A stretch of DNA of 64,000 nucleotides. Source: a virus. Made by a program: the position numbers and the translations under genes. The stretch is from positions 64,001 through 128,000 of the IMG/VR virus record IMGVR_UViG_3300025122_000005; one strand, 5' to 3'. Shown in pieces: positions 46,975 through 55,967 of this stretch. The notes beneath the pieces are model-generated. The model made no database searches. It worked only from the letters and a program-made list of their open reading frames with translations, and was not told the DNA's origin. Every line of letters starts with the position of its first letter. Within the stretch, counting starts at the first letter, position 1.

Positions 46975-47601
46975 ATGATAGAAGGACTCATGATAGGACT
47001 GGCAGATATGGTCGAAGCCAAAAAACCCAAAGTTGTTGCAATAATCCCCGCTCGCGGCGGTTCGAAAAGACTAGAGCGTAAAAACATATATCCTATTTGG
47101 GGCAAGCCAATGTTATATTGGGCAATCAAGGCAGCAAAGGAAAGTGAACATATTACTGATGTGTGGGTCACCACTGAAGACGAAGAGATAAAAAATATCG
47201 CACTAGAGTGTGGTGCCAAGGTTCATGATAGGGATCCGAGGCATGCACAAGATCACGTATACAAGATGGAAGCCATCAGAGATGCAGCTAGCTTTATAGA
47301 GAGAAGGCACTTCAAACCAGAGATTGTTGTGTCCCTTCAGGCAAACTCCCCAGAAATTACAGGAGAAACGCTAGATAACGCCATTGAGGCATTCATTATT
47401 AACGATAGAAATGAGTTGATGAGTGTTGATGGCGAGTTGATGATGAACGCGGCATTTAGAATAATGAAGAATTGGTATGTTTATCAGAGGGACTTGAGTA
47501 CGAAAACTGGAGCATTTATTTGTGATGTTCACGATGTTCATACAATTGAAGATGTTAAATTTATAGAAAAGAGGGGTAATAAAAATGATAAAAACACCTA
47601 A
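46975..47601 (+). CDS. neuA: Acylneuraminate cytidylyltransferase (CMP-nonulosonate synthetase)
   Basis: IIPARGGSKRLERKNI. Confidence 0.88.
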   Translation: MIEGLMIGLADMVEAKKPKVVAIIPARGGSKRLERKNIYPIWGKPMLYWAIKAAKESEHITDVWVTTEDEEIKNIALECGAKVHDRDPRHAQDHVYKMEAIRDAASFIERRHFKPEIVVSLQANSPEITGETLDNAIEAFIINDRNELMSVDGELMMNAAFRIMKNWYVYQRDLSTKTGAFICDVHDVHTIEDVKFIEKRGNKNDKNT

Positions 47602-48268
47602 AAGAGTATTGATATTCGCGGCCCACCATGATGATGAAACAATCGGATGTGGAGGTACCATTAGAAAATGGGCGGACAACGGCGGTCAGATTCACGTATG
47701 CTTCATGACAAACGGAGATACGGGAGTTGAGCAGAGTACTGATGGCGATAACATTGTAGAAACAAGAATAGGTGAATCTAAAAAGGCGGCAAAAATATTA
47801 GGAGTATATCGTCTCCACAACTTAAGCATACCATGTCAAAAAGTGGTTAATCGCCAATCTACTTTTCACAAAGTCATACAGAAAATAAGAGAAATAAAAC
47901 CTGAGTTAGTTGTAACGCACAATAGTGTGTGTAAGCATCGCGACCATAAGAGGACTTCTGCAATAGTTGAGGAAGCATGCTGGAAGGCTTCGGAGAACAT
48001 TCTAGAAGAATTAGGAGAAGTCCACACGATAAAGGACTTGTGGTCTTTTGAAATTACGGACCCACATTCAAATCCGGATATTGTTGTTGATATTACGGAC
48101 ACTTATGAATGGAAATGGTTGGCAATGGAAGAATATCTTTCTCAGTCTGGCATATTGCCGGGAATAATGGAGTACATCGAGGGCTTGTCAAAGGTCCGTG
48201 GATATTCAATAGGCGCAAGAAGAGGTGAGGCTTTTACTAGAATTGGAAAGGCACCGATAAAGATATGA
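47585..48268 (+). CDS. PIG-L/LmbE-family N-acetyl-sugar deacetylase
   Basis: AAHHDDETIGCGGT, MTNG, HRDH. Confidence 0.88.
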   Translation: MIKTPKRVLIFAAHHDDETIGCGGTIRKWADNGGQIHVCFMTNGDTGVEQSTDGDNIVETRIGESKKAAKILGVYRLHNLSIPCQKVVNRQSTFHKVIQKIREIKPELVVTHNSVCKHRDHKRTSAIVEEACWKASENILEELGEVHTIKDLWSFEITDPHSNPDIVVDITDTYEWKWLAMEEYLSQSGILPGIMEYIEGLSKVRGYSIGARRGEAFTRIGKAPIKI

Positions 48269-48978
48269 GCTATATCGCGATAACATCTAATCAACCCAGG
48301 CATAGGGAGTTTATAAACAGGCTTCAGAAAAAAGTAAACTTGTCCCTTGTTATTGTCGTGGAAAAGAAAAAGGGAAACTCTCAGTTTTATTGTTCAGAGC
48401 AATTAGCATTTGGGGGGAAAAAGGATCCCATTAGGGTGAACATCGTGGAATGCACGCCTGTGCAATTAAACTCTAAAAGAATGGCAGAATTGATTACGGA
48501 TGTCCGCCCGGAAGTTTGTTTTGTTTTTGGGGCACCTCTCTTAAAAGAAAACATATTTAGAATACCAAGAAGAGGATGTATAAACATACATACGGGATTA
48601 GTGCAACATCATCGTGGCGTCGACAGTCCTTATTGGGCTCTGTATGAGCGTAGACCTGAATTACTTGGCGCGACTTTGCATTATATAGATTCTTCGATAG
48701 ACGGAGGGGATATTATATCACAAGCAATAACAAAAGATCTGAAAGTAACAGACTCTCCGGATGATATATTTATGAAAACTTGTGCTACTGGATTTGACAT
48801 TTTAGAAGAAAGTGTGTATAATATATTAGATGACTCTGTTGAGGCACACCCTCTTAGCCAATATGGTAACCGAGGCAAACTTTATCAAAATAAAGATATG
48901 GATTATGGTATAATGCTAGAGATAAGATATAAAACACCACACGTGCTAAAGGAATATTTAAATGGAAATAATAGTTGA
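48265..48978 (+). CDS. Formyltransferase
   Basis: INIHTG...HRG..S..W, GATLH, IDGGDII. Confidence 0.85.
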   Translation: MSYIAITSNQPRHREFINRLQKKVNLSLVIVVEKKKGNSQFYCSEQLAFGGKKDPIRVNIVECTPVQLNSKRMAELITDVRPEVCFVFGAPLLKENIFRIPRRGCINIHTGLVQHHRGVDSPYWALYERRPELLGATLHYIDSSIDGGDIISQAITKDLKVTDSPDDIFMKTCATGFDILEESVYNILDDSVEAHPLSQYGNRGKLYQNKDMDYGIMLEIRYKTPHVLKEYLNGNNS

Positions 48979-49669
48979 TCTTTGTAACCAACACCACGGA
49001 TCTTTAAGCGAATTAAAAAGGATGAGCTTGAATGCTTGGACTGCTGGCGCAGACGTGGTTAAAGTTCAATTGATGGACTCTGAAAAGTTCTTTGGAAGCA
49101 CAGAGAAGAAGTATAGAGATATTGATTTTGAAACTTTTGCAAGTCTTAATGATTTCTGCGTGAATCTTGGGATCCCTCTAATGGCAACTCCTTTTGATAT
49201 GGAAAGATTCGACTGGATAAAATCGTTGGGTATTAAGAGATACAAGATAGCGTCAAGAACAGCAAAGCAAAATCCAGTATTATGCGAAGCAATATTAAAG
49301 GAAAACAAACCCACGATTATATCGACCGGTCATTGTGCCAAGGGAGAATGGCCATTTGGTTTAGGAGAAAAAATAAGTTATTTATTTTGTGTGTCTAAAT
49401 ATCCGACATTCTTGCATGACCCGGCATTAAAAGCAATGCCGGAAGAATTTTCAAGATATTCCTATCATGGATATAGTGATCATGCAATTGGAATAGCTCC
49501 TGCGCTACAGGCTTATTTTAGGGGAGCAAAAATATTAGAAAAGCATTATAGTGAAAATCCTTTGGCACAATCAAAATTTGAAGGCGGTCATTTAGGATCC
49601 TTTGACCAAAAATCTCTTAAGCAATTCAAGGATCTAATTAAAGAACTAGAGATATTAAGGAGCAAATGA
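48962..49669 (+). CDS. neuB: N-acetylneuraminate (nonulosonate) synthase, lacking C-terminal AFP domain
   Basis: NQHHG, ADVVKVQ, ATPFD, KIAS, IISTG, CVSKYP, GYSDH, ILEKH. Confidence 0.88.
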   Translation: MEIIVDLCNQHHGSLSELKRMSLNAWTAGADVVKVQLMDSEKFFGSTEKKYRDIDFETFASLNDFCVNLGIPLMATPFDMERFDWIKSLGIKRYKIASRTAKQNPVLCEAILKENKPTIISTGHCAKGEWPFGLGEKISYLFCVSKYPTFLHDPALKAMPEEFSRYSYHGYSDHAIGIAPALQAYFRGAKILEKHYSENPLAQSKFEGGHLGSFDQKSLKQFKDLIKELEILRSK

Positions 49670-50286
49670 TGGTACCAGATATATCGATAATTATAACAAA
49701 CTATAACTATGGAAAATTTATTTCGCGATGCTTGAGGAGTTGCCTGAAACAAGAAAGGGCAATATATGAAGTTATTGTAGTCGATGATTGCAGTACCGAC
49801 AATTCCTTCGATATGATAAGACCTTTCGCAGAGCATGTAAGGCTGTTCAAGACACCAAAGAATTCAGGCGTCGCAGCTGCAGCAAATTTGGGAATTGAGA
49901 ATGCTAGGGGTCAATTCTTTTTTCGTGTTGATGCTGACGACTACATAAACAAAGATATGTCCTATATTATGAAAAAGTATTTAGAGTCCAATCATGACGC
50001 ATTTTGTGTTTCTTCTGATTATTTGATGGTTGATGAATACGAAAATACCATTGAAAGAAAATATGCTGAAAATGAAAACATATCTTGTGGTATAATGTAT
50101 CGTAGAGATCTGTTTTTATCTCTTGGAGGATACAATCCCAAAATGAGACATCGAGAAGAAGAAGAGTTAAAGAAGAGGCTAGGTGACGACTACAAGATTC
50201 ATCATCTAAAGATTCCGTTCTATAGATATAGAATGCATAACACCAACAAAACAAAACAACCGGAATATAAGACCTGGGAAGTATAA
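49666..50286 (+). CDS. GT2-family glycosyltransferase
   Basis: ITNYN, VVDDCSTD, NSGVAAAAN, VDADDY. Confidence 0.88.
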   Translation: MMVPDISIIITNYNYGKFISRCLRSCLKQERAIYEVIVVDDCSTDNSFDMIRPFAEHVRLFKTPKNSGVAAAANLGIENARGQFFFRVDADDYINKDMSYIMKKYLESNHDAFCVSSDYLMVDEYENTIERKYAENENISCGIMYRRDLFLSLGGYNPKMRHREEEELKKRLGDDYKIHHLKIPFYRYRMHNTNKTKQPEYKTWEV

Positions 50287-50963
50287 TGGCAAAGAGAATA
50301 TTCATAACCGGATGTGCAAAGTCTGGCACTACTCTCTTGTTGAGAATGTGTTTTGCATTTAAAAATGCCGAGGTTTTGTACAGGACGGGGTTTAACGGTC
50401 ACGAGTTGACACTAAACGAGTTTCTGAACACGGAGACAGATAAAAAATTCTTGATAGGAAAGAGACTACCACCGTTTATCCTTAGCAACGTTCCCGCTCC
50501 AGAATTTGAGGACCAGCTTAGGTGGGTAAGGCAGAACGATATAGGGATTATAAACGTAGTCCGAGATGGAAGAGATGTTGTTTTATCGGATGGCGAGTAT
50601 GTCAAACCAGAAAGATGGATATCATCGATGATACAGAGAGAGCAATATTCTGACATCATAGACATGGAGATTAAGTACGAAGACATAATAAGGTTTCCAA
50701 ACAATATTCAGGAAAATATGATGAATGTTTTCGGACTAGAACGAAGTGCTCATTTTTCAGACTATCCTGACTTCGTCAAAGATTGGATATATGATTGGAA
50801 TGTTTCCGTCACCGGCCGAGCCGGGAAGCAAGAAAGTGATTATGGAAAAAGAAAGCTTTCGGAAGTTTCAATAGGAAAGAATCTAGAAGCATATAAGGAT
50901 CTTTGCACTGATGACCAATTAAATATCTTTAATGAGGAGCTAAAAAAGGCGGGGTACATTTAG
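50286..50963 (+). CDS. Sulfotransferase-family protein
   Basis: TGCAKSGTTLL, VVRDGRDVVLS, IKYEDII. Confidence 0.8.
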   Translation: MAKRIFITGCAKSGTTLLLRMCFAFKNAEVLYRTGFNGHELTLNEFLNTETDKKFLIGKRLPPFILSNVPAPEFEDQLRWVRQNDIGIINVVRDGRDVVLSDGEYVKPERWISSMIQREQYSDIIDMEIKYEDIIRFPNNIQENMMNVFGLERSAHFSDYPDFVKDWIYDWNVSVTGRAGKQESDYGKRKLSEVSIGKNLEAYKDLCTDDQLNIFNEELKKAGYI

Positions 50964-51811
50964 TGAACCTATTAGTGACCGGACATAAAGGATATATCGG
51001 CAATCATTTATTTTGGAAGCTAAACTCTCTAGGACACAGCGTCATGGGAATAGATTTGAAAATTGGTGAAGATATATTGGATGGTTTTCAGGAAAAACAT
51101 TTTAGATTTAATCCGGATGTAATTTTTCATTTAGCTGCCATACCAAGAGTTGTATACAGCATTGAAAACCCTGTAGAGGTTATGCACAACAACGTTCACT
51201 CCACTTCTTTGGTTCTGGAATTTGCCAAGAAAGTAGGGGCAAAAGTTGTGTATTCCAGTTCTTCTTCCGTGGTGGGCAATGGTGAAGGTCCCGAGAGTCC
51301 TTATGCGTTGTCAAAGTATGTGGGAGAGTTAGAAACATTGTTATACAGCAAGCTCTATGGGGTCGACACAGTCGCTCTTAGATATTTCAATGTTTACTCT
51401 GTGGACCAAATCGCGGACGGACCGTATGCCACGTGCGTTGCAAACTGGAGAAGATATATCAAAGAGGGGACAACGCCTTATATAACCGGCGACGGAAATC
51501 AGCGTAGAGACATGGCGCATGTTTCCGATGTTGTTTCTGCTAATATATTTTGCATGGAGAACATAAAAAAAGTCAGTGGGAATGTTTATGATGTTGGCAC
51601 TGGTAATAATATTTCGCTAAACGAGATGAAAGAACTGGTACTGAAGTCTTTACCGGACTTAAAATTTGATTACATAGAAGATCGTCCTGGTGATGTGAGG
51701 CTAACTAAGGCGAATGTGCGACCACTTATGGATCTAGGATGGGCACCAGAAGTAGACATAACAAGAGGAATAGCAGAGTGTTTTACGGGGATTTTAAATG
51801 AGCAAGATTAA
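50963..51811 (+). CDS. NAD-dependent nucleotide-sugar epimerase
   Basis: TGHKGYIG, SSSSVVG, PYALSK, LRYFNVY, RDMAHVSDV. Confidence 0.9.
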   Translation: MNLLVTGHKGYIGNHLFWKLNSLGHSVMGIDLKIGEDILDGFQEKHFRFNPDVIFHLAAIPRVVYSIENPVEVMHNNVHSTSLVLEFAKKVGAKVVYSSSSSVVGNGEGPESPYALSKYVGELETLLYSKLYGVDTVALRYFNVYSVDQIADGPYATCVANWRRYIKEGTTPYITGDGNQRRDMAHVSDVVSANIFCMENIKKVSGNVYDVGTGNNISLNEMKELVLKSLPDLKFDYIEDRPGDVRLTKANVRPLMDLGWAPEVDITRGIAECFTGILNEQD

Positions 51812-52661
51812 AGCAGTGGGCGTCATCGGCAACGGGTTCGTCGGGCAAGCAATAGGGTTTGGGTTTGTCCCGGTTTTACCTGTGCACATATACGATATCG
51901 ATCCTTTACGTAGCATGAATACTCTTGAAGAGACTGTCAACGGATCAGATGTGGTTTTTGTATCCGTGCCCACACCGATGAATAAGGACGGATCAATAAG
52001 TTTGAGTATTGTTCGGTCTGTTTTGAACAACATATCTCGCGTCAGCACACGCAACGACAATGTTGTCGTCATTAAATCAACTGTTATACCTGGGACTACA
52101 GAGGCATTCTCCGAAGAGTTTAAAAATCTAAATTTAGTTTTTAATCCCGAATTTTTGACAGAGAGGCATGCCAAATATGATTTCTTAAATCAAGCAAGAA
52201 TTGTTCTCGGAGGTCTTCCAGAAAATACTGAAAAAGTAGCAAAATTGTACAGATTAAGATTTAAGCATTGCAACATTATGGAGATGGATTACAACACAGC
52301 AGAGTTTGTAAAATATTTTAATAACGTATTCTTCTCCGTGAAGGTTGCATTCGCAAACGAAATGAAATTAATATGCCAAAAAGCCAGAGTTAATTGGAGC
52401 GATGCTTTGGCTGGCTTCGCTGCTGACGGCCGCGTCGGCGACTCACACTTGAACGTGCCCGGACCTGATGGTAGGCTGGGATTCGGTGGGAGTTGTTTTC
52501 CAAAAGACATAAATGCGTTTATTTCTTTTGCAGACGATTGCGGAGTTAACGCTAATGTGGTTAAGGCTGCATGGCAAACAAATCTAGAGGTACGACCGGA
52601 AAGGGATTGGGAAAATCTCATTGGTCGTGCAGTAGTAAAAGAAATTGACAAGGAGGAATAA
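51798..52661 (+). CDS. UDP-glucose/GDP-mannose dehydrogenase family, short phage type
   Basis: GNGFVG, VPTP, KSTVIPG, NPEFLTE, GFGGSCFPKD. Confidence 0.9.
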   Translation: MSKIKAVGVIGNGFVGQAIGFGFVPVLPVHIYDIDPLRSMNTLEETVNGSDVVFVSVPTPMNKDGSISLSIVRSVLNNISRVSTRNDNVVVIKSTVIPGTTEAFSEEFKNLNLVFNPEFLTERHAKYDFLNQARIVLGGLPENTEKVAKLYRLRFKHCNIMEMDYNTAEFVKYFNNVFFSVKVAFANEMKLICQKARVNWSDALAGFAADGRVGDSHLNVPGPDGRLGFGGSCFPKDINAFISFADDCGVNANVVKAAWQTNLEVRPERDWENLIGRAVVKEIDKEE

Positions 52662-52662
52662 A

Positions 52663-52902
52663 ATGAAAATTTCTGATCAAGCATTGGGTGCTGTAATGAT
52701 GGCCCTACAAAAATCTCTTATGGAGCAGGTGGATATTGTTCCCATCCTAAGAGAATTCGATTTTCAAATAAATCAAAACGAGGAATTAGTGGTGACGAAC
52801 CCACCAGCGGTCCACTTTGAATCTGAGACTTTGTTCGACGAGACAGAGGAAGAGTTAGAAATATTTGACAACGAAACAACAAGTACGGTTGGAAGCGATT
52901 AG
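52663..52902 (+). CDS. Small acidic hypothetical protein
   Basis: GGAGG RBS before ATG 52663. Confidence 0.65.
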   Translation: MKISDQALGAVMMALQKSLMEQVDIVPILREFDFQINQNEELVVTNPPAVHFESETLFDETEEELEIFDNETTSTVGSD

Positions 52903-53150
52903 TGCCCAGGTACGTCTATAGGTGTGAAGAATGCGAAGAAATTTTTGAAGTGGCACACTCTATGAGCCACATTCAAGAAGAGTGTTTATTGTGCAATTCT
53001 GAGAAAGAGGTAACTAGAATACCGGCACCTATTGGGGACAAGGTGGTAGAGAAGGCGGCGAAGACTGGAGATATCGTGAAGCAATATATTAAAGATGCGT
53101 CTTTAGATTTGCGTAATGATAAAAAATCTTCAAAGGTGGAATATAAATAA
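52902..53150 (+). CDS. FmdB-family zinc-ribbon protein
   Basis: MPRYVYRCEECEEIFE...CLLC. Confidence 0.8.
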   Translation: MPRYVYRCEECEEIFEVAHSMSHIQEECLLCNSEKEVTRIPAPIGDKVVEKAAKTGDIVKQYIKDASLDLRNDKKSSKVEYK

Positions 53151-53151
53151 G

Positions 53152-53496
53152 ATGGAATTATTAAATATTATATTGATCCTTTCTCTTGTGGTGAACATCA
53201 TTATAGTGCCTTATGCTATTCGGTGTGCCAGAAGATTGTTGGTGGTGGCAAGCAACATGAATTCTTTACAAGAAGGGTTTACCGTATTCCAGGCTCATGT
53301 TGAGACTCTACATGAGTCTGAAATGTTTTATGGAGACACTTCCTTGCGATCTTTGATGGATCACACAAAAGTCATTCTAGAAGAACTAGACAAACATGAG
53401 GATATTTACGCTCTTGTTGTAGACGATACAGAATTAGAAGAGGATATAGGTTTTGGAGACTACGAAGAGAAAGCAGAAACGCCGCGCACGAACTAA
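53152..53496 (+). CDS. Single-TM coiled-coil protein
   Basis: N-terminal LLNIILILSLVVNIIIVPY. Confidence 0.6.
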   Translation: MELLNIILILSLVVNIIIVPYAIRCARRLLVVASNMNSLQEGFTVFQAHVETLHESEMFYGDTSLRSLMDHTKVILEELDKHEDIYALVVDDTELEEDIGFGDYEEKAETPRTN

Positions 53497-54172
53497 AAAT
53501 TATTATTTTACCAAAGTTCATGAAAATGCCATTGTAGAATATGCAAAAACTAATGATAACAAAATTAGAACACGTTTGTATATCGACTATATACAACCTG
53601 CATTTCATGAAATGGTCGAGAAAATAACTTATACTTATAAGTTTACTACGTTACCAAATATAGATCCTCTCAAGGAAGAGTGTAAAATTTGGCTTACCAC
53701 AATATTGGATAAATACGATCCGACAAAGGGGTCTAAAGCGTTCTCCTATTTTAGTGTTGTTACAAAGCACTGGTTTATCCATAAGCTAAAAAAGAATTCA
53801 GCTAAAAACAAAAAAGAAGTTAGCTATGAAGATCTAGTAAAAGAGTCGATTCACGAAGATCTTATAACTAATGAAGAAGTATATATCAACACAAGAGAAC
53901 AAGCCGAATTCTGGCAATCTTTGTTGTTTGAGGTCGACCGATGGCACAGAGTAGATCTTAAGGAAAACGAAAGGAAGGTCGTGGAAGCAGTAAAGGTGCT
54001 GCTAACAAGTGCCGACCAAATAGAGATCTTCAATAAAAAAGCAATATATCTATACCTCAGAGAAATAACCGGTCTCAACACAAAGCAAATTGTCAATAAT
54101 TTAAATAAACTTCGTTTAAAATATAGAATCTTTAAGCTCAAGTGGGACCGGGGAGAATATGAAAAGAAATAA
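53453..54172 (+). CDS. Phage sigma factor (T4 gp55-like/sigma region 2)
   Basis: KYDPTKGSKAFSYFSVVTKHWFI region-2 pattern; C-terminal HTH-like LREITGLNTKQI. Confidence 0.65.
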   Translation: METTKRKQKRRARTKNYYFTKVHENAIVEYAKTNDNKIRTRLYIDYIQPAFHEMVEKITYTYKFTTLPNIDPLKEECKIWLTTILDKYDPTKGSKAFSYFSVVTKHWFIHKLKKNSAKNKKEVSYEDLVKESIHEDLITNEEVYINTREQAEFWQSLLFEVDRWHRVDLKENERKVVEAVKVLLTSADQIEIFNKKAIYLYLREITGLNTKQIVNNLNKLRLKYRIFKLKWDRGEYEKK

Positions 54173-54201
54173 TTTGTCTTTAATATCTACTTATTAGTAC
54201 T

Positions 54202-54519
54202 ATGAGCGAACTTAAATTACAAGAATTTATTGAAAAATCTCTTGGCAACATAAGCGAAGACAGAGCGGTAACAAAAACTCTTTTAACCCATCTAATGAAA
54301 TATATGATGGTATCAGAAGACCGGCACAAAGAAGCCGGTATTATCGCTGCTAAATATGTGGAGACACTACAAAGATCAAATGAGCAGTTGGTTAAGTTGG
54401 CAGCACTAATGCACAGAAGAACAGCAGCTGATGAAAAAATATCTGAAGAAGAAAAAGATAATTTATTTGACCTAATCCAAGAACAAGAAAAAGTTTCCGG
54501 GAAAAAAGAAGATGCCTGA
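54202..54519 (+). CDS. Hypothetical helical protein
   Basis: 105-aa ORF after CTACTTA motif. Confidence 0.6.
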   Translation: MSELKLQEFIEKSLGNISEDRAVTKTLLTHLMKYMMVSEDRHKEAGIIAAKYVETLQRSNEQLVKLAALMHRRTAADEKISEEEKDNLFDLIQEQEKVSGKKEDA

Positions 54520-55951
54520 TCCCGACGAAAATTTTCTCAACCCAGATTACGGAGTTCACGGTGCGCACAAGAATCCGAAACAGAAGACCATTTCTGGTCC
54601 AGATCACGCCGGCCTAGCAAATGATTTAGATGTGATAAAAATGGCGGTCGAAGGATCTTTAGATTATTTAACCCCGAAAAGACTAGATGACGGCATCACA
54701 GGTCGTCGCTCGGCAATAGTTCTAAAAGTTGTAGAAGTTGCACTTGAGGACGTAAGAGACCCGATTATTCAAGCAGCACAGAGTGCTTCTGGATTAACGC
54801 CTTCCGAGTTGGGAAAAAAGAAAAATATTCTATTAGTTTATGCTGCTCCAACGGGAGGAAGAGCTTCTTCTTTAATGTTGCCGAAAGACGATAATGATGA
54901 AGATAGGCTGCGAGATTTTCCGAGATTTTATACCTTTGGCGAAAGTAAAGATGCCGCAACTTGGCAGGGCCAACCATGCATGGTCGAAATAACAGACAAA
55001 GAGTTATCAATGTTCGGAATATTTTATAAAACAAACAATCCCACGCCACATTCTCAGGCTCCGACAACGGGCGTTCATGATAATAGTGGAGGTGCTTCCG
55101 GAGCAGCTGCAGCATATAACTCACCGGATGGGCGTGCGACGGTGCCATCAGATTTAAAATTTGATGACACAGGGGAACGAAGTAAATGGGAAAAACCTCC
55201 AGCTGATAAATTTTATCCAAGGGGGAACAAGAAAAGGGCGAAAGTCGGAAAAGATTATACCTCGTTGAGAACAGACGTGTCAAAACATTATGAAGCTCTC
55301 TATAAAGAAGTTCATGCCATGGGAGGTATTATAACTAGTGCAGGGGGGAAGCGACATTTGGCAGATCCGGCGAAGAGCAGAAATGCTGCTCTCTTTTCTC
55401 ATCATAAGTTAGGGAGAGCATTTGACATGTCACCTTACAGTTGTTTTCAAACCAGTAACGACCCGTATTTTGCACAAAGTGCTTGGGGCAATAATGATAA
55501 AATTCGAGTAAGGCGACAAGCTTGGAATATTTGGTGTGTTGCGGATGAAACAAGCCCCGGGGCAACTATGAGTGTGCCAGAAGTTGAAATAATAGCGTGG
55601 TTTTGCAAAAAGCTTGGCGGAGGCAAAACCACAATGCACTCCAAGAAGATTAAAAAGAGAATGTTTAATTTTACAGAATTAGCTGCAAAACATGGGTTTA
55701 CTGGGATTTATTCTAGGCAGCATACAATGAGGGGCAACGAATTCGGAGGATTGGAGTGGTGGCATTTCCAGTCTAACGTTGGGTTAATAACCATGAAAAC
55801 AACGTTTTTAGAAGATGCGTTGAAGTTATATTCCAGTAAACAGATCTTAAACGAAAAATGGGGTGCCGGTGCCAAGAATCACGAAATCTTCTCTAGAACA
55901 TATTATGTAGGAAGCACCTGGAAGACTAAAAGCAAGAAGATAGTATCATAA
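54512..55951 (+). CDS. Probable baseplate-associated protein with C-terminal peptidase M15 domain
   Basis: SHHKLGRAFD (SxHxxGxAxD) and EWWHFQ. Confidence 0.7.
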   Translation: MPDPDENFLNPDYGVHGAHKNPKQKTISGPDHAGLANDLDVIKMAVEGSLDYLTPKRLDDGITGRRSAIVLKVVEVALEDVRDPIIQAAQSASGLTPSELGKKKNILLVYAAPTGGRASSLMLPKDDNDEDRLRDFPRFYTFGESKDAATWQGQPCMVEITDKELSMFGIFYKTNNPTPHSQAPTTGVHDNSGGASGAAAAYNSPDGRATVPSDLKFDDTGERSKWEKPPADKFYPRGNKKRAKVGKDYTSLRTDVSKHYEALYKEVHAMGGIITSAGGKRHLADPAKSRNAALFSHHKLGRAFDMSPYSCFQTSNDPYFAQSAWGNNDKIRVRRQAWNIWCVADETSPGATMSVPEVEIIAWFCKKLGGGKTTMHSKKIKKRMFNFTELAAKHGFTGIYSRQHTMRGNEFGGLEWWHFQSNVGLITMKTTFLEDALKLYSSKQILNEKWGAGAKNHEIFSRTYYVGSTWKTKSKKIVS

Positions 55952-55967
55952 AGACGAGATTATAAAC

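Noticed and set aside
29472-52661. Bacterial O-antigen/capsule locus (host contamination)
   Set aside because: No wzx/wzy/wzm/wzt or kps genes; same strand, density and composition as the flanking phage genes
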